64,000 bases of DNA. It comes from the human T2T-CHM13v2.0 reference genome, Homo sapiens. A model generated the notes under the pieces. It did not search any database. It saw only the letters and a list, made by a program, of their open reading frames with translations, and had not been told where the DNA came from. Below, one piece after another: positions 58,626 to 64,000 of this stretch (positions within the stretch are counted from its first letter, which is position 1; each line of letters opens with the position of its first letter). The stretch is taken from NCBI RefSeq assembly GCF_009914755.1, contig NC_060948.1; one strand, 5' to 3'. Position numbers and translations under genes: made by a program.

Positions 58626-58933
58626 TGTTACGATTATTTCACCAGAAGATTAAATTCCACCAGCTTGTAATAGCATATATTGTCTTCTATTCAGGGCCCA
58701 CTTAAAGTGCTTTGCGATCTTGAAGAGTTTCAAATAGTACCTGGAACATTATATGTGCCTAAGTGCTAGTTAAGTGTCTGTTAAATAAATTAATTAAATA
58801 AGCTTCTTTTTAAAGAAAGGGTTTGGAGATTAAGGAGAATACCTAAACCAGTCTTTCTCTTCTATTATCACTGTAAAATACTTACCTAGTATTGTCAATG
58901 GGCTATGAAAAGGGGTCTGGCTCTTATCGCCTA

Positions 58934-59229
58934 TTTTTTCTTTTTTCTTTTTTTTTTTTTTTTTTTTTTTTTGAGACAGAGTTTGCTCTTGTTGCCCAGC
59001 CTGGAGTGCAATGGCACGATCTCGGCTTGCCACAACCTCTGCCTCCTGAGTTCAAGTGATTCTTCTGCCTCAGCCTCCTGAGTAGCTGGGATTACAGGCA
59101 TGCAACACCACGCCTGGCTTATTTCATAATTATAGTAGAGATGGGGTTTCTCCATGTTGGTCAGGCTGCTTTTGAACTCCTGACCTCAGGTGATCCACCC
59201 GCCTTGGCCTCCCAAAGTGCTGGGATTAC
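58934..59229 (-). mobile_element. AluSp-like element missing its extreme 5' end
   Basis: gctcttgttgccc, gtgcaatggc, tttctccatgttggtcagg; long T tail. Confidence 0.9.
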
Positions 59230-59269
59230 TTGCCTCAAACCTTTGGCCTGGGCTTCTTGATTATATACT

Positions 59270-59643
59270 TGATATGGTTTGGCTGTGTCCCCACCAAAAT
59301 CTCATTCTGAATTGCAGTTGCCATAATCCCCACATGTCATAGGAGGGACCACATGGAGATAATTGAGTCGTGGGATCAGTTTGCCCATCCTGTTCTCATG
59401 GTAGTGAGTGAGTTTTCACAAGATCTGATGGTTTTATAAGGGGCTCACCCCTTTGCTGGACACTCATTTCTCTCTCCTGCCACCATGTGAAGAAGGATGT
59501 GTTTGCTTCCCTTTCCAGCATAATTGTAAGTTTCCTGAGGCCTCCCCAGCCTTGTGGAACGGTGAGTCAATTAAATCTCTTTCCTTTATAAATTACCCAG
59601 TCTCAGGCAGTTCTTTATAGCAGTGTGAGAACAGACTAATAAA
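59270..59643 (+). mobile_element. THE1C-like solo LTR
   Basis: tgatatggtttggctgtgtcccc...gaagaaggatgtgtttgcttcc...cagactaataaa; exact TSD atact/atact. Confidence 0.9.
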
Positions 59644-62085
59644 ATACTACCACTGTGAAAACGCTCAGAGATGTTGCCATTTTAGAAACAAGAGTATAGA
59701 AGGCTAGAACAAGTTAAGAAACTGAGCTATTTGCAAACAAGGAATATGTTGTTTTCTTTTTTTATGCTTAAGACTGAGGCATTTCTTGATGAATGAATCA
59801 ACACATCAGTGAATGAATACATGAATAAATAAAACAGAAAAGGGGCTTAATTTTGAGTAGATGAGAGTATCTTCAGAAAGTTTATGGATAACGGGACATT
59901 CCTTAAATTCTTATATGATGTACCATTCAAGAAGCTTCATTCTATTGCAGACCTTTCTGTTTTTAGCATATAGAATATAGTGCTAATATAACACTTACTT
60001 CTAAATCAAGAATGATCTTATTTAAAATGTCTATGATTTAATTAGGAAATATGCTAATGATGATTTCAAGGAATCTGCTACATCATCCCTTCATATTCAC
60101 ACTACTAAAGAGATATATAGTTTGTATTTGATCAGTAATACTAGGATACATTATAGAGTCTGTAGAGCTTCTTGCTGTATGGTGAAATTCTCAAAGTGTG
60201 AAGGTATATCTTATTTTTATTTACATCCTCAGTGCTGAAGAGTTTCCCTAACATATAGTTGTTCTTCAACAATATTTATTGGATAAAAAAAGAATATTAA
60301 GATTCAATAAGCTCTGGATAGCAAGGCAAAATTGCCTTAAGAATATCCAATACACTACAAACTGTAAAGTTGTTTTTCTTTTAAAATGCACTACATAAAT
60401 ATGTCATTCAAACATTTAAAAATATATAATTAAACACATTAACATATTGGCTTGTCATGTTACAAGATTATAATAGGTAATATGTATTTTTTAAATTCCC
60501 CTCTGTAAATATTGTTCCTTAAGACTGCTCCCACTCAAGGAAACATGCATCCTGAGAATAGTACTTTTTTTTGGTCAATCATCTTTTTCTCTGCTTTAAG
60601 ATAAAGCCAGTAAATATTTTCCTGTTTTCTACAAGGAATAAGAATGAAAGATTCTATATTTAGGTAATTTCCCCTATCTCCAATTGATCTTTATAATTCA
60701 CATTTTACAAGTGCACCCCTCTTTTCATCAACATTTTGAAACATTTGAAACAGTTCTTTTTCCTTCCACCTAGAAATTAGTGGAGTACACAATCCTATTT
60801 TCTGATTCATAATATTATGACTTTCTTTGAAAAAGTCACCATTTTTTCTGAGTCAGCATTTCAAACAGGTGTACCCTTTTTTCTTTTTAAATAGTATTTG
60901 TCTTTTTAGTGCAAATTGTTTTAAATAGGGTTTTTTCTAATATTATAGTTCTTTCCTACTAGATAGAACCAGAAGTTATATCCCCACATCCTAAGGATGG
61001 GTTACTAATTTCAAATGCTTTGCTAAACAGAAAATTTTCACATTTAAGTTCCATGCTACCTGGTGGAAATGACAAGAAAGGTTATATTTTGAGCCTAATA
61101 TTCAAATCAGTAACTCGGCTTTTCACATATCTCTTGCTAATGATGCTGTTTATTTTATTAGACGAATTATATAATGCCATAAAACAGGGGACCTTCTCCA
61201 GGTATTTTCTCCTATGGGAGACTAGCTGATAAAGTATGGTATAACCATAACATTGTGGTTTCTTCCAAGATAAGGGTTTCCACAGTGTTTTTCACATAAA
61301 GAGTCCTAGAGCTAAGTTTCACTTAATAAAATAAGAGGCAACTTAAAATGATGGTTAAAAAAAAGATACTCATTACAACATGATGTAGTGATGTAGTGGT
61401 GGAAAATAAATAGAATGCAAAGAAATGAAAAATAGAAACTTATATATAAGCTTCTTAAAGTGTTGGGACTTAGGCAATACCATACTTGGGCTCAGATACC
61501 TGTTGATTGATTAACTGGGTAATGGTGTGTTCTCCTGGACTTTGTAAAAACATTGTAAATATTGACATATATTTGAAAATACATTATAAGCTATATTAAA
61601 TTTTAGAATATGTAAGGGGCAGCAGTAGTATCTGAAGTCAATATCTTTCACTATTTTTTTTTTTTTCTGAAGGTTCATCCTATAGTTAATGCTTTGGTAA
61701 GTAAAGAGGATACAGTACTGGGTCCTGCAACCTAGCTCTGAGTTCTCAGCTAAGGTAAGTAGTTAGTGCTTCATGTAATCAGTGGTATAGAATAACTTCA
61801 CTCCAGTTACTTATTAGGGAGGATCGTCTTAAACTCTGCCTCTCAATATTATAGATATATATATGAGAAATGTATCCATTATTTAAGTGGCATTTTCTGA
61901 AGAATATGCTGCTCATCATTCCTCAAGTGCAGTCATTTCTGCTAAAATATTTTTTGAAAACATGAATTTGTTCCAACACGATTGATATATTAGGGAACAA
62001 TTTGAATATAAAGAGGATTTTGCATTGTATTAAGCTCTGAAAATCTCTCGGTAAACACAGAAAACTGCACCCAGCATAATAATAT

Positions 62086-62088
<3 letters not shown>

Positions 62089-62125
<37 letters not shown>
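62089..62125. repeat. (CA)n microsatellite
   Basis: Direct read. Confidence 0.95.
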
Positions 62126-62128
<3 letters not shown>

Positions 62129-62427
62129 CAATTCACTGGAAACCTCACTTTATTATGTATGTTATCCTACAAGTTTATGTCTTGCCATTGTTTTGTATTT
62201 GAGGATATTTTTATACTAAATAAAAAGTAAACATCCAAAATGTATAAATATTTTGGTTCAAAAATACCAAGTAGTGCATAAAAAGAAAAAATTTAAGTAC
62301 TGAGGAAAAGCTTGAATAATGAAGTGCTTCACATTGAGAGAACATGATGTTTCCCAAGCAACAGACAGAAATCCACTCTGTGACCCCTTAGAGATAATAA
62401 GCAAGAAAAAACAAATGTATATGACTC

Positions 62428-63165
62428 TGTGATATAATAAAAATCTATTTGGTCTTTGTTTTTGGTTCCTGGAACAGGGCTCCTATAATCTGTGAAATTT
62501 CCTGGGAAACTGGAGTGTCATTTTAAAACACCTAAGTTTATGCTAATGAATTGATTTAGTGTGGGGCTCCTAGGTAGCCTCAGGATGGGGCAGGTCACCA
62601 GAAGGACCAAGTAATTTGAGGGGTGGAAATTCTACCCTAACCATTGGCCTCTGAGGAGGTGAGCAGGAGACTGGTGATTTGACCCGATGAATCTTCTTGA
62701 ACCATGTGATTCAGGGAGCTTCTTCTGGGTGGGTGAACACTTCATGGTGCTGTGAGGGTGGCATGCCTGAACAGGGCATGGTAGTTGCACAGCATCCCCT
62801 CCTCAATACCTTGCCCTGTGCATCTCTTCTATTTCACTGTTTCTGAGTTTTATCCTTTAAAATAAAATAGTAAACATAAGTAGTGTTTTTCTGACTTCTG
62901 TGAGTTGTTCTAGCAAATTGTCCAACCTGAGAAGGATGTCATAGGAACCCCTGAATTATAGCCAGTCAGTCAAAAGTACAGGTGGCCCCCAGGGGTTGCA
63001 GCTGGCATCTGAAATGAAAGCAGTTTGAGGAACCAAGCCCTTTAATCTGTGGGATATGATGCCAAATTCAGGTAGATAATATCAAAATTAAATTTGAGTT
63101 GTTGGGCATCCAGTTGGTGTGAGAGACTCAGAGAATTGGTTGTTGGTGTACAAAAACTTTACACA
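62428..63165 (+). mobile_element. MER21B/C-like LTR
   Basis: tgtgatataataaaaatctatttggtctttg; ggtagcctcaggatggggc..gtcaccagaa; ccttgccctgtgcatctcttc; ctgtgagttgttctagcaaatt. Confidence 0.8.
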
Positions 63166-63312
63166 GGCAGGAACCACTTGAAGTACTGCTGCAAAGTCAG
63201 TAACAACAAGGCCACAATAAATTAAGGAAATGAAAAGATTGTTGAGCATATAAATTCTAGTCTCAACAGTGAAAAATATTGGGAACAATTGTCTCATAAA
63301 AATAAAAGACTA

Positions 63313-63671
<359 letters not shown>

Positions 63672-64000
63672 AAACAGAGTTTGCTAAATCCTGCAGAAGT
63701 GACTTCTTTTATCTCGGAAAATGAGTCCTAGGGGTGGCTATTTTAGTGTTGTCAAACATCTCTACAATTCTCAAAGCCTTCAGCTGTCTGGATAAGCTAT
63801 GGGTGCACATGAGACATCCACAACATAATTCCCAGCAATGATTCACAACTTACTTGAAGAAGTCTATATGCCAAATCAGATTTACAATTTTTATGAAATA
63901 TGTGTCTATTATAAATTTAAACCTTAAAAACCTGCACCTGAAATGCAGAAAAACATGCCCAGGATTTAAGGCTGTGAAAGATTTTTAACTGCAGCATTTG

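Noticed and set aside
60963-61229. ~88-codon open frame with a hydrophobic stretch
   Set aside because: No recognisable homology; T-rich DNA readily gives hydrophobic translations

Overview
Primate, most likely human, genomic DNA: one Alu carries all five AluYa5 diagnostic changes. The window is AT-rich and dominated by transposable elements. I recognise no cellular protein-coding gene, RNA gene, CRISPR array or host CpG island; the ORFs I can assign are L1, Tigger, MaLR or Alu fragments and the rest look like chance ORFs. Main elements: a full-length but inactivated L1PA3 with TSDs (19.9-26.1 kb); an apparently chimeric, ORF1-deleted L1PA4/L1PA7-like element (11-15.9 kb); a full-length L1MA2-like element (33.6-46.2 kb) hosting four younger insertions; two complete THE1 proviruses and several solo LTRs; Tigger DNA transposons; a nested Alu cluster; and L2/L3/MIR relics. 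The most unusual observations are (1) a MER4 ERV transcript apparently retroposed by L1 (LTR cut at its poly(A) site, 19-bp TSD), (2) three Alus stacked at one site giving a closely spaced inverted pair of Ya5-lineage Alus, (3) an old ~306-bp local inverted duplication, and (4) a probable L1-L1 recombination deletion. I found no evidence for a novel gene system. Subfamily names come from recalled consensus diagnostics, not a database search.
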